Below, one piece after another: positions 48,543-57,949 of a stretch of 64,000 nucleotides of DNA. Where the stretch lies: IMG/VR virus record IMGVR_UViG_3300031760_000049, positions 4,010 through 68,009 of that record. One strand, 5' to 3'. The notes under the pieces were generated by a model. The model searched no databases, had not been told where the DNA came from, and worked only from the letters and a program-made list of their open reading frames with translations. Position numbers and translations under genes: made by a program. The DNA is from a virus. Its lineage: Duplodnaviria; Caudoviricetes. Each line of letters opens with the position of its first letter. The first letter of the stretch is position 1.

Positions 48543-48566
48543 TATTCACTTTTATTTTAACAATGA

Positions 48567-49625
48567 TTAGTTATTTAAATTAATATCTGGCGCATTATTG
48601 AAATCCAAATCGTTATCAATATAAGCAGCCATATCAGATGTAAACAATGCTGTTACACCCATCTTCTTATAAGCCTGAACTTCTCTTGACATATCAGCAT
48701 TTTCAATCTCACGAACGATTGTCTGTCCTTCAAGAGCAACCTTAACTGGCTTATTACTTCCTGTAGCCATTACCCAAGCATAACGAGGGTCAATAACTTT
48801 GATGTTATTCTGTTCATCCTCAAATGACTGCGGAAGAACGATAACCTGATGTCCTTTGTATGTTGCAAAGTAACCATTATTCCAGTAGTTGTCTCTCATT
48901 GCATCTGACCATCTGCCCTCTTGCGGAATCATCTTAGCTGCAAACTCGAATGTACAATAAATAGCGGCCTTTGAACCATAAGAGTCAACAATAGAAAGGA
49001 TTCTATCCATCTCAGACTCAATGAAACCATTGGTAACTACTTTATTAGCGGCTGGTAAAGTCTTAACTGTAGCTTTTAAAGCACGCTCAATCTCAAGATA
49101 TATGCACTCATCAAGACCTGTCATTATAATGTCTAATACATCAGCGAACTCAACACGTCCATCTAAGAACTCCTCAAATCCAATTTGAGCAGCACCACCA
49201 AATGTACTTGTCTCAACTTCATAGCTCTTACCGTCTAACTTGAATACTTCATAAATACCTGCAAGCCCAACTTTTGTGATGAACTGTTTTGCACGTCTCT
49301 TTGAAGCTGCTGTAATCTTCTGCGTGAAGACTGCCTTATCACCCTGAGCGATTGTTTTTATCTCAGCAAACTGTCCGTACTGCTGTAATACACGCTGTGG
49401 TAATGCATCATCAATAGTCTCTTCCAAAATCTGGAAAATAGGATTTTTATTCTCACGGTACTTTGGATATGTACCTGCTAATTCATTCAACTCATAACGT
49501 AGAGTATCATTCAAATCAGAGTAACTAAAGCTCTCACCTTCAAAAGAAAAGTTTGTGTTCGCTGAAGGATTTGCTTTTGCTACTATCTTAGCTAAAGTTG
49601 CTAAATTTTTTATATCTAAAGCCAT
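48567..49625 (-). CDS. Major capsid protein
   Basis: 352 aa; follows the protease/scaffold and decoration-like genes; strong codon bias; followed by a terminator. Confidence 0.8.
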   Translation of the reverse strand: MALDIKNLATLAKIVAKANPSANTNFSFEGESFSYSDLNDTLRYELNELAGTYPKYRENKNPIFQILEETIDDALPQRVLQQYGQFAEIKTIAQGDKAVFTQKITAASKRRAKQFITKVGLAGIYEVFKLDGKSYEVETSTFGGAAQIGFEEFLDGRVEFADVLDIIMTGLDECIYLEIERALKATVKTLPAANKVVTNGFIESEMDRILSIVDSYGSKAAIYCTFEFAAKMIPQEGRWSDAMRDNYWNNGYFATYKGHQVIVLPQSFEDEQNNIKVIDPRYAWVMATGSNKPVKVALEGQTIVREIENADMSREVQAYKKMGVTALFTSDMAAYIDNDLDFNNAPDINLNN

Positions 49626-49639
49626 TTCTACAATCCTCC

Positions 49640-50290
49640 TTATTTAATTCTCTGAATCTTAACTGCTGGCTGACCATCAGGTAATGTGAATGTCTTTGTC
49701 TTATCAACAGCCCAAATCATAACTTCAGTTGCAATATCCTGTTGTGTTGCCGCTACTAAATAACCTGTATCTGCATCTACTTTTAAGAAATCTGCGGCTA
49801 TTTCCGCACTAATATCTGTCTGTGCATAGTTATCTTTTGAAGCCTTAGATAAAGTATTAGTAATCATAATGTCACCAACATTAGTCTTGATAACACGAGG
49901 TACCATCTGTCCTTTAAATGGTCCATATCCTGAAAATGTAGGATTATTGCTATCTTGATCATGCTGAATACTATTTGAGCCAGGCGTAAAAGTAGATTTT
50001 ACCATAGCGTAATCTTTATACATCTGCTCACGCTCATCATATAATTTAATCTCATTCCAAACCATAAAGGGTTCTGTACCAGGCGCTGTTGCGTTTGCCG
50101 GTGCAACACATTTCTCCTGTGCGTAATCATATACTACAAACTGACCATTTTCAAGTAAATCAAAATCATCAGCTGGTAATTGTGCATAAATTTGTGATGT
50201 TCTCTGAGCAGATAAATGTGTTGGCTCTACTTGGCCATAACCGAAACGTTTTCCTGCTTCAGATACAAATTTCTTCCAATTTGCTCCCAT
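49640..50290 (-). CDS. Putative head decoration/minor capsid protein
   Basis: 216 aa, between scaffold and capsid genes; LLENGQFVVYDY...TLPDGQPAVKIQRI. Confidence 0.55.
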   Translation of the reverse strand: MGANWKKFVSEAGKRFGYGQVEPTHLSAQRTSQIYAQLPADDFDLLENGQFVVYDYAQEKCVAPANATAPGTEPFMVWNEIKLYDEREQMYKDYAMVKSTFTPGSNSIQHDQDSNNPTFSGYGPFKGQMVPRVIKTNVGDIMITNTLSKASKDNYAQTDISAEIAADFLKVDADTGYLVAATQQDIATEVMIWAVDKTKTFTLPDGQPAVKIQRIK

Positions 50291-50308
50291 CTGTATATCC
50301 TCCTATAA

Positions 50309-51703
50309 TTATTTACTGTCTCTAACTCTCTTTGCTGCGGCAATCCAAGCTGGAACTGCACTTGTAGAGTCATCATCTAAAGAGTAAGTAATTGATGCTT
50401 CCTCTTCAACTTTAGTTTCTGCCTTAGAATCATCTAAGTCAAAACTTACTTTCTTACGAACACAAATTACAGAAAGTTTTGCTTCAATATCGTCTAATGA
50501 ATAATCTGCAATATGCTCTGTTACATCTTTTTTATCTTCCTCTGATAACATATAAAAACTATCAATTAATTGAGTTTTCTTTTCAGTTTCAATACCCTGC
50601 TTAAACTCTAATAGTTTCTGATACTTTTCCTGAAGATTTGAGAACTCAACTGATAATTCATTATATTTTGACTCATAATCAATAGCCTCGTCAACTGAAA
50701 AGTCTTTCTTTTCATTCTCTACTTTAGTAGATTCAGGCTTCTTATCATCTTCATCCTCTTTTTTAACAAAATCTTTTTCTTTTTTGTCATCTTCATCTTC
50801 AGACTTTGCATCAGCGCTATCTTTAGAATTTGAAGAATCTGTCTCTTCTGAAGAATTATCTTTTTCATCTGAAGCAGATTTTTCTTTTTCGTCCTTGTCA
50901 TCTTTCGTAAATTCAGCTGTAGCATCTGCAACATCTTCCTTTACAACTTCTGTAAAATCTGTAGAAGTTTCTTCAACAACAGGAGTCTCTAACTCTTTTG
51001 CCATGCTCTGTCCTCCTTGTAATGCAAACTGTAATTGCTGCATCATATTATATAATGTTTTTGTAAAATCCTCATTCAAATTGAATGAAGTACTTACATT
51101 AGGTGCTGTAACACTAGAGCCTTCAAAACAAGGTTCTGTAGTATCACCTAAAATACATAACTTTGAAAAAATCGCGTCATTAACTATAAAAAAGTCCATA
51201 TCATCTTTAACGTCATGCGACCAATGACCATTTAAAGTTTTTTCATCAAGTTCCATTGAATGTGGATTACCATGTTCAATAACACCTTGACATTCTTCAA
51301 ATTGTCCTGTCCATAAATAACCTGTAGTCATAAGATATTCACGAACTATAATATTTCCAAAATCATCATAATCTTCAAATTTCTGAAACCACACTTGCGC
51401 ATCTGGTGATACAAAACCATATGGTATTGTCGTACATTCAAATTTTACACCCTCATCATCAATAATAACTCGATGACCATGGTCTGCAAAATCTTCTGTG
51501 TCTTTTTTATAGTATCCTACAATAGGCGCACCTCGTAAGGTTTTTGCCATTTCTGTAGCAACCTCTTTAGAAATCAAAGACTTATTCCTATTTTTCCCAG
51601 TGTATAAGACTTTGATTTCACATTTAGACATTAAAGGATTAACATCTAATGGTTGTAGATTTATAAATTCGGGATTATCCAAAGTAGCAACTGATTGATG
51701 CAT
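50309..51703 (-). CDS. Prohead protease fused to acidic scaffold
   Basis: The N-terminal half is globular (YTGKNRN, DFADHG, TGYLWTG, HSMEL, LCILG, EPCFEGS); the C-terminal half is D/E/K-rich low complexity plus coiled coil. Confidence 0.7.
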   Translation of the reverse strand: MHQSVATLDNPEFINLQPLDVNPLMSKCEIKVLYTGKNRNKSLISKEVATEMAKTLRGAPIVGYYKKDTEDFADHGHRVIIDDEGVKFECTTIPYGFVSPDAQVWFQKFEDYDDFGNIIVREYLMTTGYLWTGQFEECQGVIEHGNPHSMELDEKTLNGHWSHDVKDDMDFFIVNDAIFSKLCILGDTTEPCFEGSSVTAPNVSTSFNLNEDFTKTLYNMMQQLQFALQGGQSMAKELETPVVEETSTDFTEVVKEDVADATAEFTKDDKDEKEKSASDEKDNSSEETDSSNSKDSADAKSEDEDDKKEKDFVKKEDEDDKKPESTKVENEKKDFSVDEAIDYESKYNELSVEFSNLQEKYQKLLEFKQGIETEKKTQLIDSFYMLSEEDKKDVTEHIADYSLDDIEAKLSVICVRKKVSFDLDDSKAETKVEEEASITYSLDDDSTSAVPAWIAAAKRVRDSK

Positions 51704-51776
51704 ACTAAATCCTCCTCTTAAAAATCTTAACTATATACTATTGAATTTAGTACATAGAAGTTTTACTAAAATTGTC

Positions 51777-53420
51777 CTAACTTGCTGACTCTTCATTCTG
51801 AAGTGTCTTTGTAGATTTTTCTCCATCTTCTTTCTCGGGGCGCCCGCCCTTAGCTTCATCAGTAGATTTTTGAATCTTAATTTCTCCACTCTTTTGAGTA
51901 CCAATATCTTTACCATTCTTCGCATCTCCGCCTTTAAGTGCGGCTGCATTCATAGTATTTGATGACATTGGAGGTACAAATACTTCAGAAAGTTTTAATA
52001 TTTCATTTTCAAACGTAGCCGTTGCAAGAATTGAACTTTGACTTTGACCAAGCGCTAATTGTGGTAAAATTGCCGAATAACCAATTTGTCTATTATCTTT
52101 ATAGGCTTTTGCCAACTCTTTATAATTATAAATTGTAGTTGGTAAAATTTGTGCTCGGAAGTAGAACTTCTTTGGATTTTTATTATATGGTTCTAATAGT
52201 AAATTGATATATGCTTCAAACTGCGCAACTAAATTATATACAGAAGCTTCATCGTTTGCAATAGAGTATTGTAAAGCAATGTTACCATCTGCATTAAATT
52301 GTAATTGAGACACCCCCGCGGCATTAAATACTGCTCGCTCAACCTTCTCTAATTCATCAGAAGTAGTAGATGTATTTTTATCTGCTAAGTCTGCTACATC
52401 AACATCCGCAAATGTTGTTAATACATCAATTCCAATAGCCTTACCAAGCATCTTAACAGCATTGTTATGTAATTGTTGCATTTCATCAACATCAAAGATT
52501 AATTCGCCATTTTTATCCATTGGCATTTTTTGAATGATTATCTTTAATAATTGTTGAGCCATCTTCTTTCTATCTAACTCTTGTGCGGCATCTAAATCAA
52601 TAATTGCTGGAATTACAGATACCATTGGAGGATAATCAGCTCCATTGATATTAAATTTGATTGCACACACTGAGTCAAGAAGATACCAACCATTTTCATC
52701 TCCCGCAAATTCAGGGATTAGTTTATTCTGTTGATACAAACGATATCCTTTTTGAATATCCTTAGGAAAGAGTTTTAATACTCTCTGACGGTAAGCAGTA
52801 TCTCTAAAATTATCATTAAAATACTTCATGTTAAATTCAACTGCAGGTTTTCCGTCTTTTCCATAACGACTTCGACAATATCCAACTGGTAACTCTTGAA
52901 TTGTCATTCTTTTTTTATTTGGTATCATGTAACCATAAAAACAACCATTCTTCATTACTTTTAAAGCCACTTCTCCAAAGAATTTTTTTAATTCAGAATT
53001 ATCTAAGAAGTATAATACGTCATTAAAACTTTTTAAGACTTTATCACTACCTTTAGATTTTGTATTATCTGATATCACATAAGGAGTAATAAACCAATCA
53101 TATTTATATAGATAAGCCATATAACGACACAAGCGAGCATAAATACCAGATGTACGATAAAAGAAATTAGAAATTTCTCTTAATTTCTCATAATCTTTTC
53201 TTGCCAAAGCATCTAAGACTGTTCTCTTATTAGCTAAGTCTGGATTAGTATCTCGCAAGTCTCCTAAGTCAATAATTGCATCATCTAAAGTTTTTACGCC
53301 TACCTTGATTTTAGAAAAGTCTACTCCTTGATAGTTAGGTAATGTTGGCGCATATTCTTCTACTTCTTTAAGCTGAATAGCGAAGCCTTTCTTTTTGATT
53401 TCTGCTTTTCTATCAATCAA
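51777..53420 (-). CDS. Portal protein
   Basis: 547 aa, between terminase and protease; helical with IIIQKMP clip region and LSEVFVPPMSSNTM end. Confidence 0.75.
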   Translation of the reverse strand: MIDRKAEIKKKGFAIQLKEVEEYAPTLPNYQGVDFSKIKVGVKTLDDAIIDLGDLRDTNPDLANKRTVLDALARKDYEKLREISNFFYRTSGIYARLCRYMAYLYKYDWFITPYVISDNTKSKGSDKVLKSFNDVLYFLDNSELKKFFGEVALKVMKNGCFYGYMIPNKKRMTIQELPVGYCRSRYGKDGKPAVEFNMKYFNDNFRDTAYRQRVLKLFPKDIQKGYRLYQQNKLIPEFAGDENGWYLLDSVCAIKFNINGADYPPMVSVIPAIIDLDAAQELDRKKMAQQLLKIIIQKMPMDKNGELIFDVDEMQQLHNNAVKMLGKAIGIDVLTTFADVDVADLADKNTSTTSDELEKVERAVFNAAGVSQLQFNADGNIALQYSIANDEASVYNLVAQFEAYINLLLEPYNKNPKKFYFRAQILPTTIYNYKELAKAYKDNRQIGYSAILPQLALGQSQSSILATATFENEILKLSEVFVPPMSSNTMNAAALKGGDAKNGKDIGTQKSGEIKIQKSTDEAKGGRPEKEDGEKSTKTLQNEESAS

Positions 53421-53447
53421 AAGATAGACACCTCACTTTATATATTT

Positions 53448-53476
53448 ATTATACCAAAATTTTTGGCACTGGTCAA
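53448..53476 (-). promoter_or_regulatory. sigma-A/70-type promoter upstream of portal
   Basis: TTGACC-17 nt-TATAAT with extended TG. Confidence 0.7.
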
Positions 53477-53489
53477 CTTTATCTTAAAA

Positions 53490-53846
53490 TTAATAACCCG
53501 CTCTGCGCATAATATAATCATAATTCATAATTTGTTCATCTGTATATGGAATCTCAACTAATGTATATCCATGCGCTCGACAATATTGCCGTTTTAAATT
53601 ATCATTATATCTTTGCTTAGCGAGTCCGCTTGCTCCACCAAATTTTGATTTAGCTACGTAATGTTGGATACCTTGAAATTCAATAAGAAAATCAAGTTCT
53701 CCACAATCATCAAATACCGCAAAATCAAATCTTAATGGTCTACCATTAGAACTTACTAAATCTGGAAATATATACTCTTCTTTAAAATTTAATTCTGCCG
53801 CTCTTAATATATCTTCTATTTTTATTTCTCCCCTTGATGCTCGCAT
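53490..53846 (-). CDS. Stand-alone VSR-like/DUF559 PD-(D/E)xK endonuclease domain
   Basis: SRGEIKI...LRFDFAVF...LIEFQGIQHY...D..K..YC...LVEIPY; same motif order as the dut-intron ORF C-terminus. Confidence 0.75.
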   Translation of the reverse strand: MRASRGEIKIEDILRAAELNFKEEYIFPDLVSSNGRPLRFDFAVFDDCGELDFLIEFQGIQHYVAKSKFGGASGLAKQRYNDNLKRQYCRAHGYTLVEIPYTDEQIMNYDYIMRRAGY

Positions 53847-53906
53847 AAAAACTCACCTCGCTTTATAATCTTAAAAATACGCTACCATTCTTTCATTATT
53901 TTTGCC

Positions 53907-54947
53907 CTAATTCATGAACATTAAATCACCAATATTAATTTTCTTTTTTCTTCCTCTTCGTTCTTCATCTTGTTTAATATAATATAAACCATAAATAAAA
54001 GCAGAGAATTTATCATGAGGAATACTTCTTGACTCAGGCTTTAAAATAATATTAATGCCTTCATTATCCTCAACAAGATTTAACATTTGATTTTTTAATG
54101 ATGTAGTTAAAATAAAAGGCATTAAATGCATATTACGCTGGTCAGTACTCATATTTTGACCGACTTTAGTATCCATTAATTTTGCTTTAGCTGTTACTTC
54201 ATCAATTAATAACTTAACTTTACCACTCATCATTTGTACTTTTGCATAAGAATACATTTCCGTATTAATAGGCGCATTTGCTTTAATAAGATATAATGCA
54301 TCACTCTCAACGCCAGAACCTTTTATCTTTTTATATGGTTCAACTGCATCTTCTGATGTACCACCCTCAACACCAAAAGGAGGTAATTCATCCCCTGTTT
54401 CTGGGTCAACCTGTGCTTTAACTAAAAAATCAACTAATCCTGCACCTACACCATTCGCATCAATAGCAACAACACGAGCCTTATATTTATAAAATAATTT
54501 CTTAATATTTATCGCTTGGTCTTCAAAATGTTCTGCTTCATAACTATAAAGATTCACTAAAGACTTTAACGAAGCTCCAGTTGGTTGCGGAGTTACTTTA
54601 AATACAGAAACCTCAGTTGTACATTTGAAACGGCCTACATCAACTCCAAGTATGTAATAAGCACTTTTAGATGAGCGACCGCTAAACTCATATTCAGGTT
54701 GTAATAATACTCTATGTTTATCAAAATTATCAGATGAGAAGAAAGCATTTTCTGCATCTCCGCTCCATACAGAACAATACTCACGGTCAAATGAATCTTC
54801 ATTATAAGTACCAGATAATTTTAACTGGTCTACGAAATCTTCATCCAATAATCCTTCAGTAATGGGTGTCTTATAAGTTCCACCCATAATCATTACTTCA
54901 TCAGGTTCAATTAATGATTGAATTAACAATTCTATTAACTTATCGTA
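53907..54947 (-). CDS. terL: Terminase large subunit, exon 2 (nuclease domain)
   Basis: YDKLIEL...FDREYCSVW...LGVDVGR...AIDANGVG...HDKFSA RNase H-like acidic residues. Confidence 0.9.
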   Translation of the reverse strand, partial: YDKLIELLIQSLIEPDEVMIMGGTYKTPITEGLLDEDFVDQLKLSGTYNEDSFDREYCSVWSGDAENAFFSSDNFDKHRVLLQPEYEFSGRSSKSAYYILGVDVGRFKCTTEVSVFKVTPQPTGASLKSLVNLYSYEAEHFEDQAINIKKLFYKYKARVVAIDANGVGAGLVDFLVKAQVDPETGDELPPFGVEGGTSEDAVEPYKKIKGSGVESDALYLIKANAPINTEMYSYAKVQMMSGKVKLLIDEVTAKAKLMDTKVGQNMSTDQRNMHLMPFILTTSLKNQMLNLVEDNEGINIILKPESRSIPHDKFSAFIYGLYYIKQDEERRGRKKKINIGDLMFMN

Positions 54948-55270
54948 TAATTTTATTTAATATAAAATTGGACTATTTCTTAATCTAAATATTTTCAAAT
55001 ATAACTATAAGCAGTATAATTGAAATATCTAAAAATTTTTAGATTCCTCGCGCTTGGGTGATAGATAATTCTACCATGTGGTCTTTGACACCACTCCTAC
55101 TCTACTCACTTCCATATACTTTATGTGTTTTCGATAGTCTCTGAACCTTCCGCCTAAACGGCTTGGCACACCGTTACATCTTTCAATGCTTTCAGTGTTA
55201 GCAACTGATTAGTCACACCCTCTTCTTGAGGTTCACGAGGTTTTAGTTCGCCTACGAACCTTTTCAGTCT
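54948..55270 (-). mobile_element. Group I intron in terL (323 nt, no ORF, terminal A)
   Basis: P1 is UUCGCU/GGCGAA, P10 is UACGA/UCGUA, and P7 is GACUA/UAGUC. Splicing gives KNSFA|YDKL in frame (592 aa). Confidence 0.88.
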
Positions 55271-56008
55271 AGCGAACGAATTTTTCCATCCTGCAGTAGT
55301 AATATAAATCTGTGACTTATTAACTACCTCATGATTATTACGAGTACCATCTGGCAGTAATCTATTTACATTAGTCGTAGGGATAATAATTTCATTCAAT
55401 GCAGATTGATCAATAAGTACACATTCTTCCATTAAACCACCCGTACGACGCTGACCACGAGAACTTTCCTTTGCTGCCAGAATATCAATAGACGAATCAT
55501 TCTTAAAAATATATTTAACATCATTTTTTGATTTTTTAGATACACCACGCTCAAAATTAATCTCATTCTGAAATGCAGGTACTAATTTACAAATTTCTTC
55601 AATCTTAGCTATTGTAATACTTGCTGCTTGTTCTTTACCTCCAGTAGTAACAAATAAATGACTACCTGGATATAAGATACAACGTAACATCAATACCATC
55701 ATAGATAAGAAAGATTTTGAATAAGCACGGGGAAAAGTCGCATATACAAATCTATGTCGCATAACCACTCGCAAAAATATACGTTGGTAGAAATAAAATC
55801 GAAATCCTTTATATTCATTTAATGTGCCATTTTCTTTTGCTTCTGCAAAACCTGACATTGAATCAACTAATAAATCTGGATATTGACGATAAAAAGCAAT
55901 TAGTGGTCGTAAATTATTTACTTGCGCAGCTAGTCGCTCTTCTGACAATCCCTGTTTTGTTAAGTTACCTTTCGATGAAGATAATTCTAAAATACTTTGT
56001 AAACTCAT
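55271..56008 (-). CDS. terL: Terminase large subunit, exon 1 (ATPase domain)
   Basis: FYFYQR, Walker A-like FPRAYSKS, RGQRRTGGLMEE (Walker B) and ITTAG (motif III). Confidence 0.9.
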
Positions 56009-57225
56009 TTTTTTTCTCCATCTTCCCCTTGATAAATTACTTTATCAGTTGCTTGGTCTTTTAAAATTGCATTTTGGTACTCAATAATATCTTCGTCGGT
56101 AACAAGAGGCGCATCTAAACCTTGTGCTTTCGCCTCTTCCTTGGCACGCTTCATTTCTTCAGCATGTTCTCTATTCTTAATATAGTTTTCTATCTGTTGA
56201 GCAAGAGCAGTATCACCATATACTAAACTACGATTATATTCTTTTAAATCACGAATAACTTTATCAATAATATCATAATCAACACTAATATCATATTTGG
56301 GTATTTCTCCGCCAACACGCTCACAATAGGCTACCATAGTACCTACGCAATCTACAAAGTCCGCCTCTTGTTCTTTCTTTTGTGCGGCTGTGAATTTTGC
56401 TGATTTACGCATAGCTTCATATGCGCGTGATAACTTATTAAAACCATCTACATCACCTATGTCAATCGCTTGATTCATTTTTAAGTTAGTTTTGCAAATA
56501 AGTTTTAAAGTACCAATAGTATCAGCATCACTAATATCAAATGACTCACACATTTCATTATAAAATTTTTCTAATTCAACCCATTCACCAGGTTTATATG
56601 TTGGACCCCATTTAGTTGCAAGAAAAAGTTTATCTTCAGATGTTAATTCTGCGCCGGGGTCAATAAAATCAGCTACTACTTGGGGCGCGACTCCAGGTAC
56701 TTCGAGCGGATTAGCCCCCATCATGGCCCTCATAGCTTGCTCATCCAAACTATCAGCTTGCATTTCCGCACTCATCATAGTTTTGTATTGAGCTTCACCA
56801 ATCAAGCCCGCCTCATATTGTTGCTTTAATGCAGCATCTTTTAATGCCACTTCAGGATGTTCTTCTAAAAATTTTTTTCTCTCTTCTTCCTCTTTTTCTA
56901 TAAACTTTTCTGTATCTGCCCAAGTGTATTTAGTATATTGTCCTAATCTAGTTTTTGATAGATATTTACCAAATACAGAACCCATTTTTTTTGGGTCTTT
57001 AGCATATGCCGCATCACGCAATTTATTCCATTCAGATGGAATATAAGGGACATCCGCATCTTCTAAAATCCATAAAAAACTATCTGGATTAAATGGGTCT
57101 ACATGAAGAGTAATACATTTTTTACACATGTCCATATATGACCCATCACTTTTCCTTTTGTAGAAATTTGATACATCTAATGTTTTATTACATTTAGGAC
57201 AATATTTCCCTTCTCCTACCGCCAT
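56005..57225 (-). CDS. Zn-finger protein, terminase small subunit candidate
   Basis: N-terminal CPKC...MCKKC; overlaps the terL start; LKLICKTNLKM helical C-terminal half. Confidence 0.5.
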   Translation of the reverse strand: MAVGEGKYCPKCNKTLDVSNFYKRKSDGSYMDMCKKCITLHVDPFNPDSFLWILEDADVPYIPSEWNKLRDAAYAKDPKKMGSVFGKYLSKTRLGQYTKYTWADTEKFIEKEEEERKKFLEEHPEVALKDAALKQQYEAGLIGEAQYKTMMSAEMQADSLDEQAMRAMMGANPLEVPGVAPQVVADFIDPGAELTSEDKLFLATKWGPTYKPGEWVELEKFYNEMCESFDISDADTIGTLKLICKTNLKMNQAIDIGDVDGFNKLSRAYEAMRKSAKFTAAQKKEQEADFVDCVGTMVAYCERVGGEIPKYDISVDYDIIDKVIRDLKEYNRSLVYGDTALAQQIENYIKNREHAEEMKRAKEEAKAQGLDAPLVTDEDIIEYQNAILKDQATDKVIYQGEDGEKK

Positions 57226-57255
57226 TCTTATTCAACTCCTTTATTCTTTTCTCTT

Positions 57256-57870
57256 TTAAGTCATAGCTTCAGTAGAATCATATCCATATTGTTGATGTAT
57301 TTTAATATGACAGTTTTGACACAATGTAATACCATTAGATACTTCATATCTTAATTTTGGATAATGATGCCATGAATAGATATGATGAGCATTTATTTTT
57401 TCTTTACTTCCACATTTGACGCATTTATAGTTATCTTTTTTATACACTTTTAAACGCCAATCTTTATATTCAGTAGAGTCATGCCTATCATTAATTTTAG
57501 AAGTACCGCCTTTCCAGTTCCAATGATTTTCTCCTTTAGGCATATGTCTATCTTTATTATAACATTCAACACTACAATATTTATCTTCTGAAGCTTTCGC
57601 AATAAAAATTTTTTGACAGGTTGGACATTTTCGATTTTTATTTTTAATACTATGTGAAATATTATAGCACTCTCTTGAACAAAAACGATTACTATTTTGT
57701 TTTAAACCTTTAAAAGTTTTTCCGCATACTTCACATATATATTGTTTTGTATTGCGAGAATGAAAAATAGAATAGCATTGTCGACAGCAAAAATTATGTT
57801 TAGATAACTTACTTTCATATTTTTCAAATTGCGTATTACAATTATCACATTTAATTGTTACTTTTGGCAT
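57256..57870 (-). CDS. HNH endonuclease with three N-terminal Cys4 Zn-finger repeats
   Basis: Repeats CxxC...FCSxxCY; HNH core CVKCG...AHHI...NGITLCQNCHIKIH. Confidence 0.88.
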   Translation of the reverse strand: MPKVTIKCDNCNTQFEKYESKLSKHNFCCRQCYSIFHSRNTKQYICEVCGKTFKGLKQNSNRFCSRECYNISHSIKNKNRKCPTCQKIFIAKASEDKYCSVECYNKDRHMPKGENHWNWKGGTSKINDRHDSTEYKDWRLKVYKKDNYKCVKCGSKEKINAHHIYSWHHYPKLRYEVSNGITLCQNCHIKIHQQYGYDSTEAMT

Positions 57871-57949
57871 AATTTTCTCTCCTTTATTTTCTTTAACCTA
57901 AATTAAAAGAAGCTTAATAGAAAGTGCTATTTTTTTTTGTCCACACCTT

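Noticed and set aside
54948-55270. Group II intron as explanation for the non-G 3' end
   Set aside because: No GUGYG start or domain V; it has group I P1, P7 and P10 signatures.
55154-55270. C-terminal 38 aa of the 284-aa terL ORF as real protein sequence
   Set aside because: It is read-through into the intron; the terminase sequence resumes at 54947.
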